Source: an uncultured Akkermansia sp.
Lineage (GTDB): Bacteria; Verrucomicrobiota; Verrucomicrobiia; Verrucomicrobiales; Akkermansiaceae
DNA: 64,000 nt
NCBI GenBank assembly: GCA_947632055.1
Contig: CANRNS010000001.1
Coordinates: 2,047-66,046 of the forward strand
Reading direction: 5' to 3'
The notes beneath the pieces were generated by a model. The model had not been told where the DNA came from, ran no database searches, and worked only from the letters and a program-made list of their open reading frames with translations. Both the position numbers and the translations under genes were made by a program. This document shows positions 19,962 to 32,500 of the stretch, piece after piece; position 1 is the first letter of the stretch; every line of letters starts with the position of its first letter.

Positions 19962-20338
19962 TGAGCGAAGCTCAGAGAGTGCGGCCAGGGTGTGTATTTC
20001 GCAACACAGGAGTGATGGGACATCGGTGAGTTGTCGTTGCCATTACCGAAGAAGGAAAGATGCTTCTCGCCAATTGGACGTCGCTGCGCCCCAATCGGAG
20101 AGCGACCTGCGTACTTCATCCAGGAGAACACCATGGCATCACGCATGATTCCTATATTCTTTTTGCCTTGGCTCGAGAGTACTCCTACAAACAATGAGCA
20201 GAACTCATCAGAGAGGGAAACCTGGTACCGGACGGGCAATTGAACGAACAGACACTCTGCCGCATTCAGCAGGCTCTTTTTACGGACAGATCTACATCGG
20301 ACCGCCTAAAGAAGCAATACGCATTTCTCAAGAAATAG
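19961..20338 (+). pseudogene. Putative toxin partner (PemK/MazF-like) interrupted by two in-frame TGA codons
   Basis: TAATG coupling to the antitoxin. Manual translation: MSEAQ...GHR*VVVAITEEGKMLLANWTS...TCVLHPGEHHGITHDSYI...KQ*AEL...FLKK*; internal stops at 20027 and 20195. Confidence 0.55.
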
Positions 20339-20500
20339 GGTGATGTTCATTGCAGGGAGGGAGTCGTTGGCATCTCATAACGTGATCGATGGGACGACGT
20401 TATGCGCATGATTATGGGATAGAGCATCCGCCCCTCCTTGTAAATTACGAATCAAAAATTGTTGATAATGTACGCGTTGCCAAGTTTTTTCTGATGTGAC

Positions 20501-20526
20501 GCAAGCGCATGGGGGCATGCGCTTGC
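20501..20526. terminator. GC-rich hairpin downstream of the autotransporter
   Basis: Perfect 11-bp stem gcaagcgcatg-gggg-catgcgcttgc; no adjacent U-tract on the minus strand. Confidence 0.5.
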
Positions 20527-20549
20527 CTGGCGGGTTCGCTCTCGTTTCG

Positions 20550-23500
20550 TCAGAAGGTGATCTTGTAGCCTGCGCTCGCGTTCACGCTCGTCCAGCCGCG
20601 ACGGTACTCGATCGAGGCGTCCATGAAGATGCTGCCGTTGCCGCTCCCCAGCGGGATGGTCAGCCCGGCTCCCGCTTCGATGCCCACCGCTCCCACTTCC
20701 GCGCTCTCCACCTTCGCCATCGTTCTGGACCCGATGATGCCGTTGGTTGCCTTGCCGGAGCGGTCTCCCGCATCGGCCTTGAGCAACAGGCGCGCCTCAA
20801 AGATCGAATCGCGTTTGAAGGCGTTTTCGCTCACCACGCACTGGAAGCGCGCTCCCATCCCGAAGGTCAGCACGCTCTGCCGCATGTCATCCACCTTCAA
20901 GCCCGCGTCGCTTCCCGTCTCCGTGTACCCCTTGATTCCCACGTGCCGGAACTCCACATTCACGATCGGTTGCAGCGCCGCCGTCCCCCTCTCATTCATC
21001 AGTTTGGTGTAGCCCAACTCGTACAGCGCGCCAAAGGCATAGCCATTCGTGCTGCCCTTCGTGCGGTAGCTGCCGCTGCCGTAGTTCACCGTGCGGTTCA
21101 GCCGCACATCCGCCAAGCCTCCACTCACCACGAAGGTGTGCATCCATGGCCCCTGCATCGTGCGCATGAAGGCCGACAGGTACATCGTGTCCAGGTGACC
21201 GGTGGCGGAATCGGCGGCGTCCGGCCTCAGACGTCCGTACATCGCCGTCAGCGCCACTCCAACGCTCGTCCGGTCCGACAAGTCCGCCCCCACGCCGAGG
21301 CTGCCGCCCCAGTTGTTGAGCGTGTAGCCGGGCAAATAGCCGTCCGCATCCAGCTTGTGGTAGCCGCCCTCCGCGTTGATCCAGGCATGCCAGGTGGGGA
21401 AGACGTCGTACTGGTCGTAGCGCGCCTCGCTGTTCACCGTGGTGGTGCGGTTGCGCATGGTGTTGAGTTGGCGGTGCAGGTCTTCCGCCAAGGCCGGGGT
21501 GAGAGTGGAGATGGACGCGCCCGCCACAGCCGTGAGCGTACGCTCCATTCCCGCGGCGTCCTTCCCGTCCATCATGCCGATGACGGCCATGCCCAGTTTC
21601 GCGTAGTCCGAGTTCGGATTGTTGAGCACATCCATGAAGGCGCCCCATTGCGTCTTATCCTTCAGGAAATCCCACAACATCTCCGCACCTGCCAATCCGT
21701 TCTTCCCGGCGTTGGGCATCACGCGCTCAAACTTGTTGTCCTCCGCCTTCTTCGTCGTCACGGTGATGTTACCCTTTTCATCCACTGTCACATCCGACAA
21801 ATCGTCAAAGACAAAGGCGCTGCCGCTCAGCGTCACTTTGTCTTTCAGAGTCTCTTGGCTCTGCTCTGTCGTGAAACCGAGAGTGAAGGATTGTACACGC
21901 TTGCCATCACCGTGCACCTCCAAACTGCCCGATTCGCCCACAGTGAGCTTCCCAGAAACAGGGGCCTCACTGCCCGTCTTGGAGGTGTCGACATCCATGC
22001 GCAACTTGCCGTTCACCGTCACATCGCCGAACGCAGGGGGAGCCTTCTCTTCAGAGCCCTCGGAGGTCTTCTCCGGAATCAGGTTCAGATTAAGCTGGGC
22101 GCCATCGTTTACAGTGAGTCCCCAGTTGGATCCACTTTCCGTGGTCACATTGTCGAGCGTGAAGGTCCCGCCTTCCACCACCAGCGTGCCGGCAGTGTCG
22201 GAAGGCTGGTTGCCGGAGCTCGCCAGCGTACCGGAGAAGGTGCCGCCACTTACAGTCAGCTTGCCGCCCTTCGCGCTCTTGAGCGTGCCGTTGCCATTCA
22301 GGGCGGAAAGGCTGCTGTTGCCCGCACCCACGTCCAGCACGGTGTCCTCTCCGTCCATGTTCACGCCTACGCCGTCCAACTGCGGCTTCTCCTCTTCTCC
22401 GCCTCCGGTGAGCGTGAGGCTGGCACTGTCCTCGAGGGTAACGGTTCCCGTGCCATCGCCGGTGAATTGAGTGGATGCTAGCGTATTCTTCCCCTCAAGC
22501 ACCAACTCAGCGCCCTCAGTTATCTCGATCTTATTGTCCTCGGTGTAACTACCCTCCTTTTCCTGAATTTGCCCTTTGATGGTGGTCTTGCCGTTTTGCA
22601 GTTTTAATCCACGCTGCTCGACGCCCTCGACAGCCCCCTCGTACGCGAACTCAAGGTTTTGCATGCTGTTGTTCGCGCCGCGTAGCACCAGCGCTCCTTG
22701 CTGGATGCTTGTGGTGCCATCTGTCAGTTGGTAGTTGTCGCCCACGGTCAGGGTGCCCTTGCCGGTCTTGGTGATGTCCACGCCGGGTCCTCCAGTAATC
22801 TTCCCCTTGAAGGAGGTGTCCTGCCCCCTCACGGTGGTGTCATCTGGTTCGGGCAGAGTTTCGCCTTCGTGACCATTCATGTTCACGTTCTCGTGATAGG
22901 TGTTGTCCAGTTTCACGTTCAGGCGGTTCTTCCCAATGGCATCTTCCTTTGCAGTATTATTGATGGCAAGCTCCGTGCCTTCAGTACCCAGCAGGTTGTT
23001 CACCTTGGCATCCTTAGCGGAAGAATCACTGCCATCCCAATTCAGGGTCAGCGTCTGTCCATGCAGTAACACGGTCGCGCGTTTGTCCAACAAGTCCGTG
23101 ACTTTGTCGCTGACCGGACTGTCGCCGCCTTCCTTCCCGTTCACGAGGTACAGGTCCTGCGTGGTGCCCGTCATGCTAATGCCGTCCTCCGTGTAGCTGA
23201 ACGAAGAGATGATGGTGGAAAGGATTTGCGCCACCGTGTCATCCATGCCGGCCAGAGGGTTTCCGTTGTCAGGATTATCGTTCCGATTCCATGATTTCTC
23301 GTCCCACGAGCCGTTTGCCAAAGCTGTCAGGGTAACGGTCCCCTCATTTTCATCGAACAAGTCAAAAATGTCTTCGCTGAAGGCAAGTTGAGTGTTGCTT
23401 CCGCGTTTCACCTTGGAATCACCTTTCTTCTCTTTCCATTCGATGAGAGCCGTACCCTCAGCATTCTCAGCTGAGAAGTGCAGCTCCAGCCCATGGCTCT

Positions 23501-26500
23501 CATCAACTGTGTAGGTGCCTGTCACGCCGGTGAGCTGTCCGTGCTCGTTGATGGTGATGCCGTCCAGATTGCTTGCAGCCATCCCGTTTACATCCACCAC
23601 ACCGCCCTGCGGCGCCGCTTCGCGCGGGGTGGCCTGCAGGGAATAAGCCCGTGCCGTTTGTGAAGCGCCCGATGCCAGTGCCGTACTCACGTATAAGCCA
23701 GCATTATCGTTGAGTTTCTCCTCGAACCCTTCACCCAATGTTACGTTGGAAAGCACAATGGTTCCGGTTCCGTCTACGTCTTTCGTGTACCCCGTTAAAT
23801 CAATGTGGCCTTTTCCCCCACCCAGCACACCGCCCAATACGATGGCTCCCTTGCTGGAATCGCTCGTGTCCAGCGTGACACCGCTGCCCAGTTCTCCGGC
23901 TATCACCACATCGCCCGTGCCAGTGGCCTTCACGGTGAGGGCCTCTCCTTTATTTCCCAAGCTGCCCGTCAGGGTCACTTGATCCTTGGCATCGACCTCG
24001 AGCGTGCCCGAACCGCTCACATTGGCTTGCACAATGCCGCTGGCCGCCTCTCCCGAGAGTGTCCATGTTGAATTCCCACTTTCTCCGGTGTTAAGTGTGC
24101 CCGTGAAGTTGTATATGTCTCCGGTGAGCGTGCCTTGGCTGCCCTCCCCAAGCGCCTCGAGTGTCAGAGTGCCGCCGTTTTCAGCAGTCTCCCCGCTTTG
24201 CAGGGTACCGGTAAGTGTCACTGTGCCGCTCAGCGTGGTCTCTCCATCCACGAGAACCGTGCCGGCTTTCACCGTGTTCCCGTCGTCGGAAGAGGAGGTA
24301 AGAGAGGCGCCGGCGAGCGTGAGCGTCGTGTTTCCATCGCCCAATCCATCGTCGCTGCCGATCGTGACATGACTGCCACTGGCCAACTCAATATCGCTCA
24401 CGTCGTTTTGACCGCTCAGGACGACGTTTCCGCTCTCCACGCTCAGGACGCCCTGACCGGTCACACCGCTCACTTCGAGCGAGCCCGTGGTAGATTTCAG
24501 TTTCAGCTCAGCGTGCTTGCTCACTTCAGCTCCGCCGGTGAGTTTCGAAGTCGAGCTGTCATTGCCTCCGTGCGCATCGAGCGTGAGCGTGCCGCCCTCC
24601 ACTTTCATGTGTCCGGCGTGCTCAATCTCACCTATTTGCTCCATCCAGGAGAGGGTGAAGTCGCCCGTCCCGGTCTTGGTCGTGCCGGTGTCCAGCGCCA
24701 TCTCGAGCCCATTGTTGTCGCTTACGTGGGTGCTTTCGTTTCCCCATGTCACGCCACCCTCACCGACTTTCTCGTCCACCTCCACTTGCAGCACGTTGCC
24801 GACGCTGTCCTCCGTCACCAGCCCGCTCACGTCCTGGCGGGCTCCTTCCTTGACGTAGCGTAGGGCGCTTCCCTCGCGCAACTCCAGCTGAGTACCTTCA
24901 GGCAGGGCTTCATCATGTCCCAGTCCCAAGGTGCCCTCTACGATGGCTTTCGGAATGCTTGTGTTCTTCAGGTTTAAGTCCAGTTCAGCCCCTTCTTCTA
25001 CGACCAACAGGCCTTCGCCCTGGATATCCAGTCCGCCGCCCGCATCGTTGCCTTCAAAGCTGTATTGACCGCCTTCGACAAAGACGTTGTTCGGAGTTAC
25101 GGGTCCCTGTACCTGCACCTGACTGCCCTTCGGATCAGCTCCTTCCTCCGTGAAATGCACGTCTTTGCCACCTGGAGCTACCGGCCCTTCGCCTTCTACA
25201 GACTCCCATTCCTTCTGATCATCATCGTTCCACGTCCCTCCACTGTTACCGTCCCACTTCACCCCCGTCTGGCCATCCCAGACAAGTCGACCTTCTTCAT
25301 CCAGATGGAGATCCGTGTACCTCCACGACGCGCCCTGTACGACTACATCAAAGTACTTCACCCACTCGGATTGCCATGAACTGCCCTCAACGTTGAAGAA
25401 GTCCACACTGGTTTCCCCGGATCCGCCTGTCAGCGCATCCAAATAATCCGATGTCAGGTTGAGCGTGATGGGCGCGGATCCTGCCGCCGTGCCGAATCCT
25501 CCCCCAAGCGCCAGGTGGGCGAGGTGAGCGGGATCCGCCCCTTCCGCGACATCCAGCGTGAGTCGGGCATTGCTGTCCCAGTTCACCTCCCCGGTTAGCG
25601 TCAATTTGCCTCCCACCAAGGTGAGCTGCGCGTTGCTGCCAACGCTGAGCGAGCTCGTAAGCTCCCCACCCGCGATGCGCAGGTGCGCACCCTCTCCCAG
25701 CTGCAAATTCGCAGCGATTCTACTTTCGCCATTTGTGACATTTGTCACGATCAGGGGTGTATCGCCTTCCACGACCAGGGTTCCACCGCTCAGCTCCAGC
25801 CTGCCGCCGTATTCACCACCGCCCATGGACTTCAAGGTCACTCCTTCGCCCACGCTGATGACGCCGCCACCACCGCTCAAGGTCCCGCTCACCGCGGCGG
25901 AACCGGCAGTGAGATGCACATGACCTTCACCTGCCGTGCTCAGCCCTCCAAGCGAGAGCTCTCCTTCCCCTTCCCAGACAAAGCTGCCCCCCTGCGCCTT
26001 TAAGCTGCCGCCAACGTTCATGCTCGTTGATGGTGGGCTTGATAGCGTACCATTGTCAGTGCCGCCAACGTGAAGCAGACCGCCCAGTACATCGACGTCA
26101 CCGCCCACGCTGATGTTGCCGGCGATGTATTGTTTATGTTCCTCGTCCGAACGTTCATTCATCGTGAGGTTGCCCCCCACCGTCAATGTCCCCCTGTAGG
26201 CGCGTTGTTGCTTCGTCCAAACATCGGCATTGGAGTTGAACGTCCACGTATCGTCGGCCACAATCTCCAAGTCCTCGACCATGATATTGCTGCTTCCTGT
26301 GCCATTGTGCGACCTCAGACCGCCTACGGTCAATTTGCCGTGCTGCTTCTCGAAGCTGCCGTTGCGCACCTCCAGGCAGGCATCCTCCAAGTTTGTATCT
26401 CCCTCGCCGGTGATTGTGGTCGTGGCGCCGTTGTTCACGAGTCGCAGGGCACAGCCCGTATCTGTGGGTGTCTCTCCGCTTCCCATCACGATATTGCCGA

Positions 26501-29500
26501 TGGTGTTCGTGCTTTCCAAGAGAATTTGCTTGCCCACCATTTCTACGTTCCCAAGTGCGTTTAGATTCTGCACTTTGTTCCAGCTGTCACCCGTCGTAGT
26601 TGTCCCCATGATGCTCATCTTTATCCCCTCCGCCACTTCCAGATTCGCTCCGTCGAAGGTTGTGCCACTTCCCTCGCTTAAGTCCACCACAAAGGCGCCG
26701 GTGCCGACCATCTCTGCTCTCGCATTGGTTCCAACGCTCAACAGATCATTTCTTCCCCGGAGTGTCAGCGTAGATCCTTCTTCCAGCGTGATAGTAACTT
26801 TATCCTCATTAATGACCTTCAAACTTCCAGTGAAGGTAGCTGTCTTCCCCGTTTCAAGGGTCAGCCAATCCTTCAGAGTTACCTCCAGCCCAAAGTTGCT
26901 TTCCATCGCTTGCAAATCCATGGTTACTACAGTCAGTCCGTTGCCTGAACCTTCAGCAGCCAGGAAATTCACTGTACCGCCCATGGTGATCAGCTCACTA
27001 GATTGCACAGCGCCGCTCACCTTGATTGTTGCGTCTTCCTCTTCATCGCTATTAAAGGTGGTGGCGGCGCCGTTCGTGAATGTCGCTTCGCTATCCCATA
27101 CAATGCTGCCGCTACTGCTCTCAGCTGCCCAAGTGAGGTCGCTTTCCTCGTGCAGGCTACCCGTCCAAACTACATCATTCAGTTTGGTGAGAGTTAGAAT
27201 GCCGGAGGCGTCGAGTGACGGTGTGTAGCCAATAATGAAGTCAAAAGTCAGATTGCTATTGCTGTATAATGAGGCAAGCGTTGTTGCCGCAGCGCCTCCG
27301 AAGAGGTGAAGCTTCCAGCTTTGAGAACCGTCATCTCCTGTTGTGACATCGCTCAGGTGTTCCTGAACCCACTCTTCCACTCCGGTGAGGGTTAGTGTAA
27401 GCGTATGGCCATTGTTTGTGATTCCCCCGAGTGTTAATGCGGCAGGATCTTCCACTCCCACGCCCGCTTCCCGCACGTCCAACTGCATCCTGGCATTGCC
27501 ATTCAACGTGATGGAGCCCAGAGTGTTTGTTCCCGTCCCCTGAATGATGAATTGGCTCGATCCGTTCAAGGTGAGAGCCATCCCTGATGCATTCACATTC
27601 CCCAGCACTGTTAGCACATGTCCGCCATTATAGTTTACCGTGCTGCTGCCGGTGGCAGTCAACGATTTAATCGTTGCGCTTTGCATGATACTGAGAGTTC
27701 CCCCATTCAAGACGATGCCGTAGCTGTGCATATCCAATGCCGTTGCGGTGGATAATTGGAGAGTAGTCCCTTGGGACATCTCAATTTCTCCGCCCTCGTT
27801 TCCAATCATTTGGAAATTTTCATCAATTTTCAAGATGGCATTCCCACTTCCTTTGATCACAAGCTTGTGACCATGTCCATCAAACGAACCGGCATAACCT
27901 CCTCTACCGGCAAAATGCAGTGTAACATTTTCCACGTAAATAGTGGCATCATTCGCCAACTCCACATCCCACTTCATCCAATCTTGAGCTGTCACATGGA
28001 GCGCTCCTGTGTTTTCGTCATTGCCATGCCCCTCAAGGATGAGTTTTCCATGCTGGGTATAATAGCCTTGGTAGTCAAATACTTGAGAAACCGTTGTTTT
28101 CAGGGTGGCTCCGGACGCTATCTTCAATTCGCGCAGGAAGCTCATGCCCTTGCCTATGTTTGTAGCATTAGCGGCAAGAATCAAGGTGGAGTCACTTGCC
28201 ACCTCGAGTCGTCCAATGCCCTCATGAGTGTTATCACGCTGCAGATTGGTGTCACCCGCTGCGAAAAGAGCGGCAAAGAGGTTGTTGTTTCCATTGACGG
28301 TCACGGTGTCCGCATCCAGCACCACGGTGCCATCTCCGGAGAGCGTGGTGCCGGTCCAGTGGCTCGCTGTAGTGTCAGATACGCTAATTGTGCCGTTTTC
28401 TGCCACGATCATATTGCCCAGATTTTTCGTGCCTTCGCCACCCAGCGTAAGCTTTCCCGTGATTTTTCCTCCGTTGAGGGCAATGTCGCCTGCGCTTTCA
28501 AAAGTGACGCTTGCGTCGTCTTGCACTGTAAACGTCCCGGTGGCAGTTAACGAGGAACCCTGTTCTCCGGTGAATTGCCACTTACCATCGCGCACTTCGA
28601 TGTCATGAGGCCTCACCTCCCCGGAGATGGCGATGGAATGGTTTTCGTCTGTTGCATCAGTGAAGATGATGCTGTCACCTGCCACGAAGCTGCTTTCATT
28701 CCCGTACGGATCGAGCCAATGATCATCCTGAAGCTCATTCTGCCACGTTGTTACCCCGCTGCTCCATGTTAGCGTCTCTACACGAGAGACAAAATGCACG
28801 ACCCCATCTTCGTCCACGGTGAGTTCGCGTCTCCCTTCGGTGTAATCACTTGCGAGTCTGGCTTTCAAAAACTCCAGCGCTTCCTCTTTATTCCAACCGT
28901 CGGCAGTGGTATCAAAGAGCTTGTAATCCCAATCACTGTATGACGTTAGCCCCGTTAGGGAGAGTTCAAGGTCTGTGATATCTTTCAGCGATGTCAGAGC
29001 CCCATCCGTCAACTTGAGTTCCCCACCATGAATCTGTAGCGTCCATTTTCCCTCTTCTCCTGACAGCTGTATTTCTCCGCCCCCGACTTCCAACACACCG
29101 CCCACTCCGAGAGTCCAGGTTTGTCCGCGCGTGGCAGTCATGCCGCTCAACGCTTTCACGGTGCCGTTGCCCACCGTCAGCGACCCCGTCGACACCGTTC
29201 CGCCCAGCTCCAATGTCCCTTCGGTGACGGTCGCATCTCCTGTCACCGTCAACCCGCCGTTGGCTGTAAGTTTGCTTCCGCTGCCAGCCAACGCAAGGTG
29301 ATGGGCCGTCAACAGACCGCTCACCGTCAGTGTACCCGTGTTGCCCGCCTCCGAACCACCTATGGCAAGACCGCTTTCAAAGCCAACACCCACCGTTAGC
29401 GCACCGTTGATGGTGCCCGTCGCTCCCCAGCCAACCTGCATGCCATCGTTTAAAAGCTCACCACTTGAGCCAGTGTAGCCGTATACCGAGAGATCGCCGT

Positions 29501-32500
29501 ACACCGTCAAAGTAGACTTGCCTTCCCCGGAAGTTCCAATCACCGTCACTCCACTGGCTCGATGCGTCACATCGCTTACATCGGACTTGCCAAGCGTCAG
29601 GGTTCCGACGGAGCTACTCGTTTCATTGTGTTCACCAACCGTTATTTGCCCGCTACCGCAAACCTCTCCCACACCTGGCGCTTCTGTTCCTTTTTTGTTA
29701 CCGCACAGATACCCTTCAATCGTCACATTGGCACCGTCCGCCACCGTCAACTTGGCATAATTGTTTAGAGTGGCATTCCCCGTCACAGTTAACGTTGCTC
29801 CTTCACCAGCCACGCCAATGTTCCTAGTTACTGTCAAGAGCCCAGCCTGCAATGTGCCCCCCGTGACAGTCAACCCCGTCACAGTTAAATCAGTGCCGTC
29901 TCCACCGACATAGAGCTCATGGGTAAAGCTCAGCTCACCTGCCTGCAAGTCGAGGCTCTTCAGAAGCGTTCGTTCAGTAGTCGTAAACTCCTGGGTGCCC
30001 TCTCCTTTTTTCACCATGCTCATGCTCTGATTGTTGACGACTCCCGAGAATGTCTGCTGTTCCTCACTGCCGACATCCAGCACCAACTTACCGTCGCCGT
30101 TGAAGGAGCCATTGCTGCCGGAGAGCCCTGCAAAGGTGTAGCCATCTGTTGCCGTCGTACCGACACTCAAGGTGCCTCCGTTCATAGTGAGGAGACCGCC
30201 TGTCTGTCCATTCTCATAATCCAAGGTTAGAGTACCACTGGTCGAGACTGTGATGTCGGACGCCCTCCCAAAGCTGAAGCCGTTCCCCAAAGTCAGACTC
30301 CCGCTCGTCACGGTCAGGGTCGTCCCCGAGAAGGCTCCCGTGTAGCTGAAAGCCGTCCCATTCCCCGCGTACTCAAAGTTTGTCTCAATGGCGCCTGCGA
30401 AACTTCCCCCATTCCCGGTCAATTTCAATAATCCGGAGCCGGTGATGGAGCCAAATTGATTTTGCATGCCTCCGAGCGTGTTGGTAACCGTCAGGACAGA
30501 GGTCTCCCCCAGGGTAACCTCACCACTCCCATCGATGTTGAGAATGTACGCCGTAACTGTTCCTGTCGTGGAAAGCGTGCCGAGAACGTTCAACGTGTTG
30601 CCGACATTTGCCCTATCTCCCAGCAGGAACGTTGCTCCGGTACTCACAACAATCGTTCCATTGTGTGTCGGTGCAATCGTTCCGGTGTACGCTTTCGTGC
30701 CCTCACCGGCCAAGGTCATTGTAATGCCACCCCCAAAGCTCACGCCACCCGCACCCGACAGGGTTTGAAACGTGGCATTTTTTTCCATTTGGAGCGTTGA
30801 GCCTTCTTGCAGCTGCATTTCCACATTGGCAAATGTATCGCCAGCATCCGTATTCATGAACAACTTGGCTCCCCGGTTCAGGAGGAAAATACCGCTTCCC
30901 GCCTCTCCTTCTGCCATCTCATACCCAGCATAAAATCGGAAATTTACATTATTCGCTCCGGCAGCAAAGGTCAGTGTGTGTCTATTGAGCGATAGTTTCC
31001 CCGGCGTATTATCGCCGCCAGCACCACCATCGAAAGAAAAGTAGTTATTTCCCGTGACTTCGGTGTAGAGAGTCGCGTCGCCCGTCAGACTCACGTTCCA
31101 TTTTACCCATACCGCTGTCGTGCCGCTTGTCAGCGCGCCATGACCGTCTGTCGTTCCGCTGCCTTCCAATTCGATGGTGCCAACTTTTGAGTAGTTGCCT
31201 TGTAGTGAAGAGTTATCAAACACGTTGGCTCCCAATTGCAGAGTTGCTCCATCCTTCACGGTGAGCTTCTGAATGAGACTCAGTCCTTTGCCAACGTCGT
31301 TGTTATTAAGAGCCAGTGTCGTGCCTCTCGCAATCTTGAACCGCCCGATACCCGCGTGAGAGTCATCACGCTGGATAGCGGTATCGCCCGCCGCGAAGAG
31401 GTTAGCGAAAAGGTTAGCGTTCTGATCGACTGTCACGGTGCCATTCGCATCCAGCACCACGGTGCCATCTCCGGAAAGCGTGGTGTCCTTCCAGTTGCTT
31501 GCTGTGCCATCCGTGATAGTAAGGGTGCCATTAATAGTCGCTGTGCCGAGGCTCTTTGCCCCCGTAAAGTTCAGCTTCAAGTTGCCGGAAACTTCCGCTT
31601 CCCCTACCTTGAAAGAAGTCAATTCACTGAAAGTGGCTGTCGCACCTGCTGCCACCCTCAATCTGCCGACGGTATGAACTGAACTCCCTTCTCCGGAAAA
31701 TGTCCAATCTCCCGACTCGAAAGCGATGTTGCCAGGTTCCACCGTGCCAATAATCGACACGTCTGTGTCGACCGAGCTATATTCACCCGTTGTGGTGAAG
31801 GTGACAGCATCGCCATTGGAGAAATAGGTGCCACCTTCACTGCCCGACATATTCCACATGGTATCCTCGCCACCCGTTTGCGCCTGCCACGTGTTGCTAT
31901 CCGAAGAGCCGTTCCATGTGAGCTCTGTAATCGTTCCCTGAATGGTCAGAACACCTTGGGCACTCAGCTCATAATGCTGGGTGCGGCTCAGGGGTCTCAA
32001 ATGCGCGGCAAACGCATTCCAGAGAGACTGATTCTCCGCCAGCAACTTCGCGGCCAGTTCGCTGCTCACCAGCTGCAAGCCCGTGCCATCCCAACCGATC
32101 AATTCCAGCTCGCCTACAAGGGATGACAAGGTCGTTGTGCTAAGGTTTAGCAGGGTATGTCCTCCACCGGTGAGGTAGCTGGAAACGTCCACGGAGAAAA
32201 GATTTTCCAGATTGATATTTGTCAGGTCACTCTCGTTTGCCGCGCTCAAATCCAAGGTGCCACCCGTGAGCTGAATCTTAAGCCCCGTATTCGTGAATGA
32301 AAAGTCATGATCCGCAACACTACCGAGCTCTAGCGTTCCTCCGCTCACCGTGAACCCTGTGCTCACATTCACCTCACCGCCCAGCGTCAGGCTTCCCTGG
32401 GTCAGAGTCACGGAACCCGCCTCCAGCCCGCCTTTCAGGATGACCGTACCGTCGGTGATCTCCAACTGATTATCATCTTGAATTTTGCAAGACCCCATAA

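Noticed and set aside
19961-20338. TGA recoding (Trp/Sec readthrough) in the toxin-like frame
   Set aside because: TGA is a normal stop throughout the window and the partner gene is also truncated, so pseudogenisation is more parsimonious.
20496-22481. 661-aa plus-strand ORF
   Set aside because: Antisense shadow of the GC-rich autotransporter barrel region; no motifs.
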